This document shows positions 1 to 10,407 of a DNA stretch of 64,000 bases, one piece after another; within the stretch, counting starts at the first letter, position 1; the number at the start of each line of letters is the position of its first letter. Under the pieces are notes generated by a model. That model was not told the DNA's origin. It saw only the letters and a program-made list of their open reading frames with translations, and made no database searches. The position numbers were made by a program, and so were the translations under genes. Origin of the DNA: a virus. Taxonomy: Duplodnaviria > Heunggongvirae > Uroviricota > Caudoviricetes. Location: IMG/VR virus record IMGVR_UViG_3300046047_000272. One strand, written 5' to 3'.

Positions 1-471
1 CAAGCAGAATGATAAGGTGTTCGCTGGTGGTATTGCCAGTGATGATGACCGAGTGACATTATGGAAGCAGATGGTCTTCGCCGCGAGTAAGATCAGTGGC
101 TATAGGACATCTGCCGAAGAGGTCAAGAAGCTCGCTGAGGATGAGCATGTGACCCTGAGCGAGGATCAACTGGCTGACATTCTCTCGGCTAATGATGAGA
201 GCGCTCGCAATCGTTGACCCATACAGGAAGGATGAACAGTCCCTATGGGGGATAATTTTGTTGATGATTATGACTGCTGGTTCATGTGGCTTGTGGTGAT
301 GGTCGAACGATCATTGATATGATGCGTCTCTATTGCTAGCATGTGATATGCTAGTCGATCTGAGCGATATCTACATGTTATCAGCCATTGTTGATATGGC
401 GTAAGATACATCTTTTCCTATGATAACCTTACTTATAGTCTCTAGAGTCGTCACGCCATGAGCTATACGGA

Positions 472-1137
472 GTGATCAGTGATATTATGATGTGTATGCA
501 GAACGATTCATATTATGAGGAATTAGGAAGACGGCATGCTCGCATGTATGCTGAGATGAGCCATGATCCCCGACGGGCGCAGGCATCGTATACTTGTCTC
601 ATCGACGCGCTGACACGGCAATGGGAGGCCTTAGCGACCATTGGCTATCATTTCATCCTTGGTGACGATGTATACACGTCCTCACAGTCCATGTTCGATG
701 ATGTCACGAACGAGCATCGTCTCATCATTTTCGATACGCATCTCACTGATGAGAACATGCCTGAGGATCACCCCATGCTCGGTGTATCGGACATCACCGC
801 ACCACGAGAGGATGGCACCATCGCCAGATTAACGCATAACGATGTCTTCAGGGGCGTGCACGATCTACTGGGGCATTATCTACCGCGCAATCAGTTCGGC
901 CCGTTAGGTGAGTATCGTGCATGGCTAGCCCATATGGCCTCACTGCCAGAGGATAGCTGGATGGCCCTGTTCTGTGAGACTCGTGGACAGAATGCCTGGA
1001 CGAATTACGCTGATCAGCATCAGGAACTCTCATTACGATGTCGTCCTTTCCCTGAGCAGAAGGCCGGTTGGGTGGACATGGATGAGGTCTTCGCTGATAT
1101 GCAATGGCCTGCGTACAGTCATCATATCCTATCCTAA
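472..1137 (+). CDS. Conserved hypothetical protein with FRGVHDLLGH...GEYRAW motif (possible metal-binding enzyme)
   Basis: 221-aa ORF; HDxxGH motif of a type seen in phage/plasmid proteins. Confidence 0.6.
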   Translation: MISDIMMCMQNDSYYEELGRRHARMYAEMSHDPRRAQASYTCLIDALTRQWEALATIGYHFILGDDVYTSSQSMFDDVTNEHRLIIFDTHLTDENMPEDHPMLGVSDITAPREDGTIARLTHNDVFRGVHDLLGHYLPRNQFGPLGEYRAWLAHMASLPEDSWMALFCETRGQNAWTNYADQHQELSLRCRPFPEQKAGWVDMDEVFADMQWPAYSHHILS

Positions 1138-1155
1138 CAGTCATCATTGGCCGCG

Positions 1156-1737
1156 TTATCGGGTTATCTTACCGTACCTATGCGATGTCCGATGCTTGAT
1201 GGTTGTGTATACGATGCGTTGAAGGTCATCGATCCGTACATTGGCTGCTAGCACGTCCCATAGGATTGGCCGTGGCTTGGTTCTTACGCCCTTGTCCAGA
1301 TGGAGATCCTCCAGGATGCTGAGGGTCTCATCACGCCATAGGAGTGAGGAGATGCACTGCGCGTCTAGGGCTGGTGATGGCTGTGGCTCGCGGTGCTCTT
1401 CGAGTGATGTGATGCCGTCAGTGTCATGGGCAATGATGAGTCCCCAATAGTCCGGTATGATCCTCATGGCCGCTGTAACGTGAGCATCGGCAACAATAAG
1501 CGTGGCGTACCTGCAGAACTTGCTGTAATCCTCGACCTGCTTCGGCAGTCTGAGAAGATTATCAGACGCGCTCTTCAACTCGTAGCCATTCATATGGTCA
1601 TCGTGAATGGACACGATATCCGCGCGGCGGTCCCATAGGTTGAACTCATCCATGATGAATGGCTCTTGTCGTTGTGACAGGAGCTGGTGAGCGGCCACTC
1701 GGACATCATGGTCTTTCTGTGCATGATGTGACGTCAT
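1156..1737 (-). CDS. sce7726-family PD-(D/E)XK nuclease-like protein
   Basis: RADIV...GYELKSASDNLLRLPKQVEDYSK...WG motif; AGGAG RBS upstream. Confidence 0.75.
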   Translation of the reverse strand: MTSHHAQKDHDVRVAAHQLLSQRQEPFIMDEFNLWDRRADIVSIHDDHMNGYELKSASDNLLRLPKQVEDYSKFCRYATLIVADAHVTAAMRIIPDYWGLIIAHDTDGITSLEEHREPQPSPALDAQCISSLLWRDETLSILEDLHLDKGVRTKPRPILWDVLAANVRIDDLQRIVYTTIKHRTSHRYGKITR

Positions 1738-1793
1738 AATGATGCTCCTTCGATACGATGCCTACCTCTACGTGGTATGGTACCATGCATCAT

Positions 1794-2150
1794 ATGACTA
1801 CGTTACAAGACCTGATTCATCGTGATGATTATAACGATCAGAAGCGATTACTGATCGACGCCTTCCTCTGGGATTGCGCCCGCTTTGAGGATCATGAAGC
1901 CATGACGACCATCACTGGCGTCACATGGACGAGGACCGATGATCTCATTACCGGTGACGCGTCCGCGATTCCGTGGACGCGAGAACTGAATGATGATGAC
2001 GTGAGAGCAATCACATGGTGTCAGGAGCACTACGATCATCTGACTGACGACGAGCTTGCTGATATGATTCGGTCACAGGCGCCATGGCGTGGTGTGTCGT
2101 CTGGTGACACGATCCCATTAGAGCTCAGTCTATATCGTGAGAGTTTCTGA
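1794..2150 (+). CDS. Divergent Panacea (DUF4065/SocA)-like antitoxin domain protein
   Basis: C-terminal YDHLTDDELADMIRSQAPW...IPLE resembles the Panacea C-terminus. Confidence 0.45.
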   Translation: MTTLQDLIHRDDYNDQKRLLIDAFLWDCARFEDHEAMTTITGVTWTRTDDLITGDASAIPWTRELNDDDVRAITWCQEHYDHLTDDELADMIRSQAPWRGVSSGDTIPLELSLYRESF

Positions 2151-2316
2151 GGATCGTCAGTGAGGACATGATGACGATCAATGATGCTGACATGAAGATG
2201 GCCGATATTATGGCATACGATTAGCCGATATTCTGTTATGAGCGTTGCATCGTGGCTGATATGATGATACAGTCTATCGTATCAGTTCTATATACCGTCA
2301 TAGAAAAGAGCGCATC

Positions 2317-2640
2317 ATGACAGCAGTAGCATCGTCTATTCAGCATACGAAGCATGTGAACCATCCTGTCTATCTGATTCATCAACATCATCATAAGGGA
2401 TGTATTCCGAATATTCTGGTTGCTGAGATCATTACCGAGGTGCCCAATTTCCTGGTGTTCAGTGAGATTGCTGAGCTGGCGCATAATCCTTCGACGCATC
2501 GTTGGATATGGGAAGAGGACGATAGCTTGATTGATGTGAAGCGGATGATCCCCTACGATAAGATCGAATTGGTTGAGCGATACTCCGCGGATCAATTCGC
2601 CAAGCATTGGTCTGACATGATTGAGGATCACGCTAAGTAG
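2317..2640 (+). CDS. Hypothetical protein
   Basis: 107-aa ORF, operonic with 2658. Confidence 0.55.
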   Translation: MTAVASSIQHTKHVNHPVYLIHQHHHKGCIPNILVAEIITEVPNFLVFSEIAELAHNPSTHRWIWEEDDSLIDVKRMIPYDKIELVERYSADQFAKHWSDMIEDHAK

Positions 2641-2657
2641 TAGATAAGGATGGCATC

Positions 2658-3452
2658 ATGGCTCTTAAGCCAACCCCAGACATAGATACGCTACGAGCTG
2701 TGGCCAATGGTCAGACAGCTCATTACTCCGCTGATCCCACAACGGCTGATTATCCGATGATTGATCAACCGGATACGCTGGCCATGGCTTTTGATCCATC
2801 GGATGAGGACATTGCTGCTGGCACTCAATATGGTGCTGAGCGTCATGTCTCAGCGACGAATCTCGACGCTATCCTCGATGCGCTCTGCATCAGGGTCAGC
2901 GAGCATACACCAATCATTGATGAGCATCACGTCGCCGTGTCAGTGACCGACGATGGTCATATCCAAATCTATGGCCAATCCGATGCTCGTGTTCCTCAGC
3001 ATCGTGAACGGCGTCTTAATCGCTTGCGCATAGCTAGGAACATTGGACTATTCGCCATGTGGTTGGAGGCGATGAGTCTTCCCGTCGACGAGCAGTCCGG
3101 GGTGGGCAGCTCGGCATCACCGCAATGGCTGCTCGACCCTGCAGAGAGCTACTGGACGACTGTGCATATGACACCTGATGAAGCCGCGGCGCAGGATCGA
3201 CAGCGTAAGGCTATTAACGTGGCCATGAATCGGTATGCGGGAGCGTTGCTGATGCCAGCTGGTCGACTCCACGCGTGGGACACCTTCAGACAATCGAATC
3301 CACTCATTGGTGATGCGAATCTTGCTGGCGCCTTTGACGTGTCTTTGAATGCTCTTACGACACGACTCGCGGCCATTGGCCTACCCAACGACCAGCTGAG
3401 TCATACACTCGATGAGATTACACCAGAACGATTCATCAATAAGACGGCATAG
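2658..3452 (+). CDS. ImmA/IrrE-like metallopeptidase homologue lacking HEXXH
   Basis: RLRIARNIGL at the HEXXH position, NRYAGALLMP, LAGAFDVS...RL. Confidence 0.6.
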   Translation: MALKPTPDIDTLRAVANGQTAHYSADPTTADYPMIDQPDTLAMAFDPSDEDIAAGTQYGAERHVSATNLDAILDALCIRVSEHTPIIDEHHVAVSVTDDGHIQIYGQSDARVPQHRERRLNRLRIARNIGLFAMWLEAMSLPVDEQSGVGSSASPQWLLDPAESYWTTVHMTPDEAAAQDRQRKAINVAMNRYAGALLMPAGRLHAWDTFRQSNPLIGDANLAGAFDVSLNALTTRLAAIGLPNDQLSHTLDEITPERFINKTA

Positions 3453-3550
3453 TCCGCCTGTCCTCATGGATAAGACATCATCACATCACAATATGATCAT
3501 GCAGCACACAAGAACACGAATGAGTGATGGTCTTATGGTGACGAGAGGAA

Positions 3551-3643
3551 CAGAACCGCCGGTCTATCGGACGCGGAGCCAGTACTAGTATAATTACTGA
3601 TCCAGACCATGGCGTCCGAGGACGGCGGCTTAGCATCACGTCT
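3551..3643 (+). repeat. Repeat module A copy A1 (solitary hairpin module)
   Basis: CAGAACCGCCGGTCTATCGGACGC...TATAATTACTGATCC...GCGTCCGAGGACGGCGGCTTAGCATCACGTCT. Confidence 0.95.
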
Positions 3644-3695
3644 GTCATATACAGTGGTTTTCTGCACTATATGATCAAATATGCTCATTCACGCA

Positions 3696-4283
3696 TCATA
3701 CGACGTAGACGGAGCTATCTTTTGTTGGCAGTATTTGGTACATCACACCGGACAGCTCGAAGGCTATCGTTATCTTCGTGTCATCATCAATCGTTCCAGT
3801 GACGGAGAGATAGGTACGACGTTGCTGCTGCTCATAGGCCATGGTCACGACATGGAATCCAACATCATCAAGGGCACGAGAGACATTATCGATGAAACGG
3901 TGGAGCACTACGAGCATGACGTGACGATGATCATCAATGATGGCATGCGTCGGGTCCTCCATGGTGCCATGGTCACCGATATATGACATGTTGGTTATCA
4001 CATCAAGTCGGGTATTGGGCGCATCAATGGTACAGTCCTCAATAGTGAAGCTAATAGTGAATTGATGCTGATCGTCCTGGCTACGAGTGGCGATCATTCT
4101 CGGTCTGAGAAGACATGCTGGCGCATCATCGTCATTAGGTCGTTGCACGTAGTTCGTGACCAGAGGATAGATGTCCTCCCATATATGCTCCATGAAATCG
4201 GTGTTTATGGTGTTGATATACCTCTTAGTTGATTGAAGACGCTCAGCGATGCTGGACGTTAGTATACGCTGATTAGATGACAT
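3696..4283 (-). CDS. Hypothetical protein lying between repeats A1 and A2
   Basis: Long ORF; GGAG-like RBS before MSSNQ. Confidence 0.6.
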   Translation of the reverse strand: MSSNQRILTSSIAERLQSTKRYINTINTDFMEHIWEDIYPLVTNYVQRPNDDDAPACLLRPRMIATRSQDDQHQFTISFTIEDCTIDAPNTRLDVITNMSYIGDHGTMEDPTHAIIDDHRHVMLVVLHRFIDNVSRALDDVGFHVVTMAYEQQQRRTYLSVTGTIDDDTKITIAFELSGVMYQILPTKDSSVYVV

Positions 4284-4446
4284 GTACACTCCTATGATCA
4301 AAAGAATCGATGTGTAGGAGTATCATGGTACCGCAAAAATGGATCCAATGGCAATGACCATGACGACGTGGCGTTAGTAGCTTATGATTAATGATGGTCT
4401 CATGAGCGAGTGTCCATAAGTGATGGTCTTATGGTGATAAGAGGTA

Positions 4447-4996
4447 CAGAACCGCCGGTCTAACGGATGCAGACCCAGTACCCGTATAATTTACTGATCC
4501 TCGTGGCCGCGTCCGAGGACGGCGGCTTAGAATCATATCTAATGGTACCTTCATAGTATGACCTATATGTGGTCATCATGATGACCAAGGAGAGCCATCA
4601 TGGAATCAAGGCATCAGCGACGATTAGTGTCGTTAATGGGCGCGTTGACGGGGCAGTACGTGATGGCCTTAGGCGGGTATCATGATGCGCTCCTGCAGAG
4701 CGTATTCCTAGGATATGCTTCCTCGTGCACACGCTCTATCGTTGCAGTGCCGCGGTTCCTGAAAATCACTCCTGTACACTAGAACACGATGTTCTTCACT
4801 GGCTCTACGAAGCTAATAAGCGCTTTGGTCATTGCCATTCCATGGCTCTCACGTGATTTGCGTCCTCGTCGTTGAGGACAGCCGTGTAGACGGCAATGAA
4901 CCACGCAGAACCGCCTGTCTAACGGCCTGGACTATCGGGCTAGCATAATTCTCAATGATCCTCATGGATTCGTCCGAGGATGGCGGTTGTATCGTT
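4447..4996 (+). repeat. A2 (4447-4540) - variable - B1 (from 4689) - A3 (from 4906)
   Basis: Direct alignment of the copies by eye; B starts GCTCCTGCAGAGCGTATTCCTAGGATATGCTTCCTC. Confidence 0.95.
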
Positions 4997-5017
4997 AACT
5001 GATACTCAGATCATTGA

Positions 5018-5302
5018 TTATTTAAATTTGAGCAATCGTGTTGCGACCATGATCATGGCGGAGATGCTCATGGCTGTCAGTATCAGCATCAGATACATCG
5101 TTCCTGCAACATGTAGAATTTGTAGTGCTCTGATGCTGAATCCAAACATCATGACGCTGACGCCAATTAGCCCAATGGCCGTCAAGGAGACATTATATGG
5201 GAAGACGTCATCTTCGAGAGCCTTAGACCGGCGTATGCCGTCAATCGTGACGATCGCCACCGTCAGGGTCATAACGATGATGCATTCAAACAGTATATTC
5301 AC
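5018..5302 (-). CDS. Small membrane protein (about 3 TM) between repeat units
   Basis: Hydrophobic 94-aa ORF; GGAGGA RBS upstream. Confidence 0.65.
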   Translation of the reverse strand: MNILFECIIVMTLTVAIVTIDGIRRSKALEDDVFPYNVSLTAIGLIGVSVMMFGFSIRALQILHVAGTMYLMLILTAMSISAMIMVATRLLKFK

Positions 5303-5478
5303 GATTCCTCCAGTGTCCTGTGACTAATGAATAAATGATAGAATCAATAGTATACCGTAGGTGGGACATGGACCGGGTTATCGAGTGAGCGTGTTGTTTG
5401 GGTGGCATTCGGCTGGCCTTGGCGGTGGAACGAGGAATAGCTTAGGGCTGTGACGGCATTCAGCGGGGCGTGTGATGC

Positions 5479-6281
5479 GCTCCTGCAGAGCGTATTCCTA
5501 GGATATGCTTCCTCATGGACACGGTTTATCGTTGCGATTCCGCGGTTCTTGAACATCACCTCTGTACACTAAAACATGATGTATTCCACTAGTTCTACGG
5601 AGCCATTGAGTCTGCCGATCATTGCAGCTTCGTGGTTCTCACGTGATCTGAGGATGTAATGCCTAGGAATGACCATGAGATCATGGTGAGACGTACAGAA
5701 CCGCCGGTCTATCGGACGTAGACCTAGTACTAGTATAATTACTGATCCTCGTGGCCGCGTCCGAGGAAGGCGGCATAGCATCACGTCTAGTGGTTGGTCC
5801 ATATTATGGCTAGCTGGGTGTCATGCATCATGCTCGGAGCAGGACTAGCGATCGGCCAGTGCTAGCTCATCATTGAGGTCCATTGCAGTGGTGGGTGTCC
5901 GCATGGTCCAGTGGGTGCGGCTGGGTGTTGATCACTGAGGATAGGACAAGCCAGCGCTGCGTGGTTGGGTGCTCCTGCAGAGCGTATTCCTAGGATATGC
6001 TTCCTCATGGACACGATCTATCGTTGCAGTGCCGCGGTTCCTAAAAATCACTCTTGCACACTAGAATATGATGCTCTCTTACTGGTTCTACGGAGCCGGT
6101 GATCCTGTTGATCATTGCAGCTTCGCGGTTCTCACGTGATCTGAGGATGTGTTGCTGAGGAGTGATGGTAAGACCGTGTTGAGAGTCTCAGAACCGCCGG
6201 TCCATCGGACTCGAACCCTGTATCCGAGTAATTACTGACCATCTTGGTCGCGTCCGAGGAATCCGGCTTAGCATCACGTCT
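5479..6281 (+). repeat. B2-A4 (5479-5788) - variable - B3-A5 (5971-6281); period 492 bp
   Basis: Two tandem full units. Confidence 0.95.
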
Positions 6282-6294
6282 ACAGCCATGATGT

Positions 6295-6774
6295 CTACAG
6301 TAAAGCTTCACGTACCCAGGTCATCATAGATGATGCGTCATCGTTGGCATGGAAGGACTCGTCTTGATGATCAGGTTGTTCGTCAGCCGCGTCACTAAGA
6401 TCATAGACGGTCACACTGCCGTCATGCTCCACGTCAAACTCAATATCAATACTGTCAAATTCCACTATGAGGCTACCATCATCTCTTGGTGCTAGGAGGA
6501 TGATTGGCTCCTCGGATAGGTGATGGGGATAGGTTGTAAAGAGGTTCAGAATAGCCTCGATGATGGATTGCGTTTGCCTTATAGTCGCCCTAGACGCTTG
6601 CAGGCCGCGCTCATCTATCCAGCCGTCCTCGAGATTCGCTATTACTCTGAGTTGTTGACGCAATGCCAGTGTCTGTGGATTCATCTTCCATGGACACGGT
6701 GAAACTGGCTCTAAGAGTAATGATCCACTAGCTACGTCAGCATACCGGTTCCTGTGTTCATGCTGCATGGTCAT
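6295..6774 (-). CDS. Hypothetical protein (LEDGW motif)
   Basis: 159-aa ORF; ATG overlaps the TGA of the upstream NADAR frame. Confidence 0.6.
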   Translation of the reverse strand: MTMQHEHRNRYADVASGSLLLEPVSPCPWKMNPQTLALRQQLRVIANLEDGWIDERGLQASRATIRQTQSIIEAILNLFTTYPHHLSEEPIILLAPRDDGSLIVEFDSIDIEFDVEHDGSVTVYDLSDAADEQPDHQDESFHANDDASSMMTWVREALL

Positions 6775-7378
6775 ACCGTCCCTTCATCGATGTCTTCCTT
6801 ATGGTTGATCGTATCCGACTCTACGAGGAGATCGTCCCTGAGCCGCATGAGCGTGAATCCTAGGAGGTTCATGCCCCTCCATTGGAGGGGATCCATCCAT
6901 CGAGTATCGATGTCCCCTTGACGTGTGCGTTTGCCAAGTGGACACCCCATACTCGATCAAATGGTGACGCCTCTACAAGAACAGCGTCATGCGTATCCTG
7001 GAGATATGATCGGAGGACTGGGTCCTGCGTGTACTTGGCGTGGACGGCCAGGTACATCTTCTCCTCTCTGACGCTCCCCCAAGCGTCATCGTCGTAATGC
7101 ATGACCGCTCGACCTAATCGTTTGTAGTCAGATGGTTGCAATCCTGGCTCTAGGATGGCGTTCGCGGTCTGATGGTCATTGAAGAACATGGCCTTCTGAT
7201 ACATGAAGTACTGTTCAGATCAGGTAAAATGATGCTGATCGACCGTGAATGATGTCTGATGGACGTTGCTGAATGTCTGCTCTACTGGTGAGTCATTGTC
7301 ATCTCCCCAGAAACCGATGTACGTATGATGATGACCAGCGGCTAATGAGGCGGTCAACCACGATGTATCGTATCGCAT
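6771..7378 (-). pseudogene. NADAR (YbiA/DUF1768) family protein interrupted by an in-frame TGA (7220-7222) and a frameshift near 6914-6917
   Basis: GFWG...FT*SEQYFMYQKAMFFND, KRLGRAV, LVEASPFDRVWG; C-terminal WRGMNLLGFTLMRLR is in another frame. Confidence 0.85.
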
Positions 7379-7420
7379 GATGTCCTTTCATGACGCTATG
7401 ATGGATTGATGTAGTGGGTA

Positions 7421-7753
7421 TCAGGCGTAGGCGTCGATGTCTGCTGGCATGGTTATCGTGTGATCCTCTGGTCGGGGATCGGTGAAGCAGAATCGTACGC
7501 CACCGGTTGCATCAAGGAGCTTCGTAATATCCTCCTGACTGACGTAATCAGCGATATGATTGACCGTCACGGCGGTCTCCAGGGTGTCGCCATCCTCGCC
7601 ATTATCCCGCCATGCATACCGATGCCAACCGGATGGTAACCGGTCTGCTCGTATTCGAGCTGGACCCTCATAGGCGAGGATGTCCTGGAGATCGTGTCCA
7701 TGATCGTCCTGAATGACGATGCGGACAGGTTGCATGGTGATCGTGTTGCTCAT
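7421..7753 (-). CDS. LPD28-like (large polyvalent protein-associated domain) protein
   Basis: RIRADRLPSGWHRYAWRD...TLETAVTVNH pattern. Confidence 0.55.
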   Translation of the reverse strand: MSNTITMQPVRIVIQDDHGHDLQDILAYEGPARIRADRLPSGWHRYAWRDNGEDGDTLETAVTVNHIADYVSQEDITKLLDATGGVRFCFTDPRPEDHTITMPADIDAYA

Positions 7754-7800
7754 GCTGCGTCCTTCGATACTTGACCGATACGATTGATGCATCTAGTGTA

Positions 7801-8270
7801 TCATATAACGGTAGTCATGATCGTCTGAGGGTTGATCCTCTGATCTCCCTGATCCTTGGTGATTGACCATGCGGATCCAGGTGAGGTGAGCATTCTAGAG
7901 AGTTCTACTCCGGTAGACGAGCCATATCGTAGCCATATGTCGTTAATGATGGTTGAGATGAATGGTGATCGATGCTGATCGACGATATAGGTTGCTCTTG
8001 CTGATGCGTCAAGTTGGCTGATGGGCCGGCCATGATATCCTTTAAATTCGTCATATACGCTCATGAGCATTGGCCCATATCGACCGCAGACGAATAACTC
8101 AGCGATAGGGTTGTACCGGTTTGCCGTTGATATGAGCGCGCGACGAGGTAGAGCAGTCGTTGGAGGGTCATGGCGGTAATGATCGTGTTATGATCGTCAG
8201 CGAGTTTGATGATGGTGTTGACGATGGGTACGACACCTGCACCAGCTGTTGATATGCTTGTATCCCGCAC
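7801..8270 (-). CDS. Panacea (DUF4065) antitoxin-domain protein, split by a 1-nt frameshift near 8110
   Basis: ITAMTLQRLLYL...(shift) ELFVCGRYGPMLMSVYDEFK...YGSSTGVELSRMLT..GSAW. Confidence 0.7.
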
Positions 8271-8337
8271 GATATCATCCTTTGTAGAAATTGTTTAATA
8301 ACAACTATGATGACATCGTACCGCTCTGACGATTATT

Positions 8338-8379
8338 GCGCCAGCATGAACACAAATGCGTGTAGGTTCATGCTGGCGC
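8338..8379. terminator. 14-bp stem hairpin downstream of the 8399 gene
   Basis: GCGCCAGCATGAAC / GTTCATGCTGGCGC. Confidence 0.7.
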
Positions 8380-8398
8380 CATGACTGGATGGTTTGAT

Positions 8399-8839
8399 CT
8401 AGTATCGATCGTGTCCGATGATGCGAATGCAGTGGTTCTCATCCTCAGGTGTGGTCACGATGTACAGATCTCCGAGTTGTTCCTGAAGAGCGGCAATCAC
8501 GGCGTCACGCTGAGCGTCATCACGGAAGCTGTAGCTGATGTACACATCATCCCCGGCAATCTCCGATGGGATGATCGTATCGTTCTTCGTCACTGAACCA
8601 GATCCGTTGGAGGCGTTCTTGAAGAGGATGTATGAGTAGTTCTCATCCTTCGCGTGGATCTTACCCTCCTGGTCAATGGTGATGCTATCCTTGTTCCAGT
8701 AGCGCTTCGGGAAATCCTCAGGGCCGTAGCAGCATGAGCACATGTTCGGCTGATAGGTGTAATGAGCAAAGTCAAGACCGGTTGCCTCACGGATAGCCCT
8801 CAGATTGAGATCCCCGTAAGTACGTGTTTGATTGGCCAT
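8399..8839 (-). CDS. Hypothetical protein with CSCC motif
   Basis: AAGGAG RBS before MANQ; own promoter. Confidence 0.7.
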   Translation of the reverse strand: MANQTRTYGDLNLRAIREATGLDFAHYTYQPNMCSCCYGPEDFPKRYWNKDSITIDQEGKIHAKDENYSYILFKNASNGSGSVTKNDTIIPSEIAGDDVYISYSFRDDAQRDAVIAALQEQLGDLYIVTTPEDENHCIRIIGHDRY

Positions 8840-8906
8840 GATGACTCCTTCACTAGTTGTTTGCTTGATACTCTGATTATACGTGGACGAATGATTAGAC
8901 ACGCCG
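8840..8906 (-). promoter_or_regulatory. Repeated promoter/5'UTR cassette (also ~10720-10784, ~11209-11275, ~40045-40109)
   Basis: Minus strand CGGCGTGTC-N16-TATAATCAGAGTATCAAGCAAAC...GGAG...ATG in four near-identical copies. Confidence 0.85.
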
Positions 8907-8946
8907 TGAGAACGATAATTACTGAGGTGGTGTCCTCGTGAGGAAA

Positions 8947-9363
8947 TCAGATGGTTTTGCTGAGCTGGTAACGATCATGCTCCCAGTCAAAGCTGGCCAT
9001 ATTGCCGTCCTCGTCGTAATCATTGTAATCGTGATCATCACGATACGACCAGTCACGATTGCTCGTCTGAGCGAACGGTTGCTGTTCAAATCCTTCACCA
9101 AGACCATCGGAGCACTGACCACTGATCCAAGCCGTCAGAGCAGTTGACTCGGCTGCAGTGAGATCACGCACTGTCTCCACAGTGATGACACCATGATCCT
9201 CGTCCTCGAGACGCCATACCAGGCTTGATACGATGGGTGAAAGATTGTCCGGGAGGAATTGCGTCATATCGTATTGGTTCAGATATGCGTTAGCCGTCCT
9301 CACGACATCACGTCCCTCTTGAATAGGATTGACCAGATGGAATTCGGTTGTATAGCGTGTCAT
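8947..9363 (-). CDS. Conserved-looking hypothetical protein (WISGQCSDGLGEGFEQ motif)
   Basis: ORF with RBS and a GGCGTGTC-N16-TATAAT promoter. Confidence 0.7.
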   Translation of the reverse strand: MTRYTTEFHLVNPIQEGRDVVRTANAYLNQYDMTQFLPDNLSPIVSSLVWRLEDEDHGVITVETVRDLTAAESTALTAWISGQCSDGLGEGFEQQPFAQTSNRDWSYRDDHDYNDYDEDGNMASFDWEHDRYQLSKTI

Positions 9364-9450
9364 GATGATACCTTTCAATGTGGTGATGATAGTGTCATTA
9401 TAACGCCACGATGGTTACGACACGCCGATATGATGACTGGTCATACGCAT

Positions 9451-9492
9451 AAAAAGGACGAGGAGCATGGCGTTGAACATGCTCCTCGTCTT
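9451..9492 (-). terminator. Intrinsic terminator
   Basis: GACGAGGAGCATG inverted repeat followed by a T tract on the minus strand. Confidence 0.75.
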
Positions 9493-9518
9493 GCTCACAG
9501 GACGCCTGATACGATTGA

Positions 9519-9698
9519 TCACCCCTCAAAGTACATGATGACGTCAACGGGATCATTGAAGTTCTGATCCTCAAGCTCCTTCCGAAGAACGTCGAGTTTA
9601 TCAGCAGGCAGCTCGTTGATACCATCAAGAATACGGCCATATAGACCCTGTGACTTGGCGAGGGATTTAATGACATCTTTGATTTCGTCGAATTTCAT
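9519..9698 (-). CDS. 59-aa hypothetical protein MKFDEIKDVIKSLAKSQGLYGRIL... (absent from the ORF track)
   Basis: GGAG RBS, TTGACA-17-TAGGAT promoter and a downstream terminator. Confidence 0.75.
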   Translation of the reverse strand: MKFDEIKDVIKSLAKSQGLYGRILDGINELPADKLDVLRKELEDQNFNDPVDVIMYFEG

Positions 9699-9967
9699 AA
9701 TTGAACTCCATTCATAATGTGATAAGCATTGATGACTCTATCCTAATGCTACGATGGACTCCTGTCAATCATACTGGCGTGTTGGCGTGTCGTATGGATC
9801 ATACTCAGTGCAAGGATACGTCGTTCAGTGAAGCCCAATCCTGTTACAGGCCGGTAAGAAGCCGTTTACGGGCTCATAGACGGCTTACCGCTAATAGATG
9901 ATGTGATACTGTGGCCAGTATATCCGACAGTCTCGTGACCGTCTAATGGCTATACGCCGCCTTGAGA

Positions 9968-10314
9968 TCAGCTCTGATTTTCTTGACGATGCCTGATGTC
10001 GGTCAGCATGCTCATGGTCGTGTTGACAAGCTCGAGTAGATCCTGTCGATCGGTGTCCTCGTCCGAGAAGAAGTGATGCCTGGACAGGGCGTATCCATCG
10101 TATGATGAGTACACGACGAAGTGGTCATCATGATAGGCGATGACCACGTCGAAGTCAAGGTCGGCCTTCGATGCCTGGATGGTTACTTGGTCACGGTTTT
10201 CAGTGTCTACTGATGGAAGCACAGATACGATGTCGGCCTCCTTCATCAGGAGGAGCGATAGCGTAGCGTAGCGTTCACCATGATCCTGATGGCTTTGGTT
10301 GTGGTTATTGGCAT
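9968..10314 (-). CDS. Hypothetical protein, probable frameshift just after the start
   Basis: RBS+ATG at 10314 is out of frame with the 9968-10246 ORF. Confidence 0.5.
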
Positions 10315-10407
10315 GATTGGTGTCCTTTCCTATATTGCGGAGAACAATACATCATATAGATGTGGTTGATTGGTTATGGCGTGGCACGAAGCCTGTTGAT
10401 TGTATCC

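Noticed and set aside
3541-3635. RNase P RNA or hammerhead ribozyme in module A (ACAGAACC, CGGCTTA, CTGAT)
   Set aside because: The motifs are not contiguous or in the required order; no GAGGAAAGTCC or CTGATGA/GAAA core
4447-4540. Integron attC sites (GTCTAAC in some A copies)
   Set aside because: No matching GTTRRRY end, the motif is not conserved (often GTCTATC), and no integrase is present
5344-5802. Repeat-encoded protein with TAG readthrough (5569-5802 is in frame with 5344-5559)
   Set aside because: Other copies carry an extra TGA and frame-breaking indels, there is no RBS, and TAG ends normal genes elsewhere. ORFs 4600, 30023, 30216 and 50862 are likewise repeat shadows
4689-6281. 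CRISPR array based on the 36-nt palindromic repeat
   Set aside because: The period is ~470-790 bp, the sequence after the repeat is conserved rather than unique spacer, and no cas genes are present
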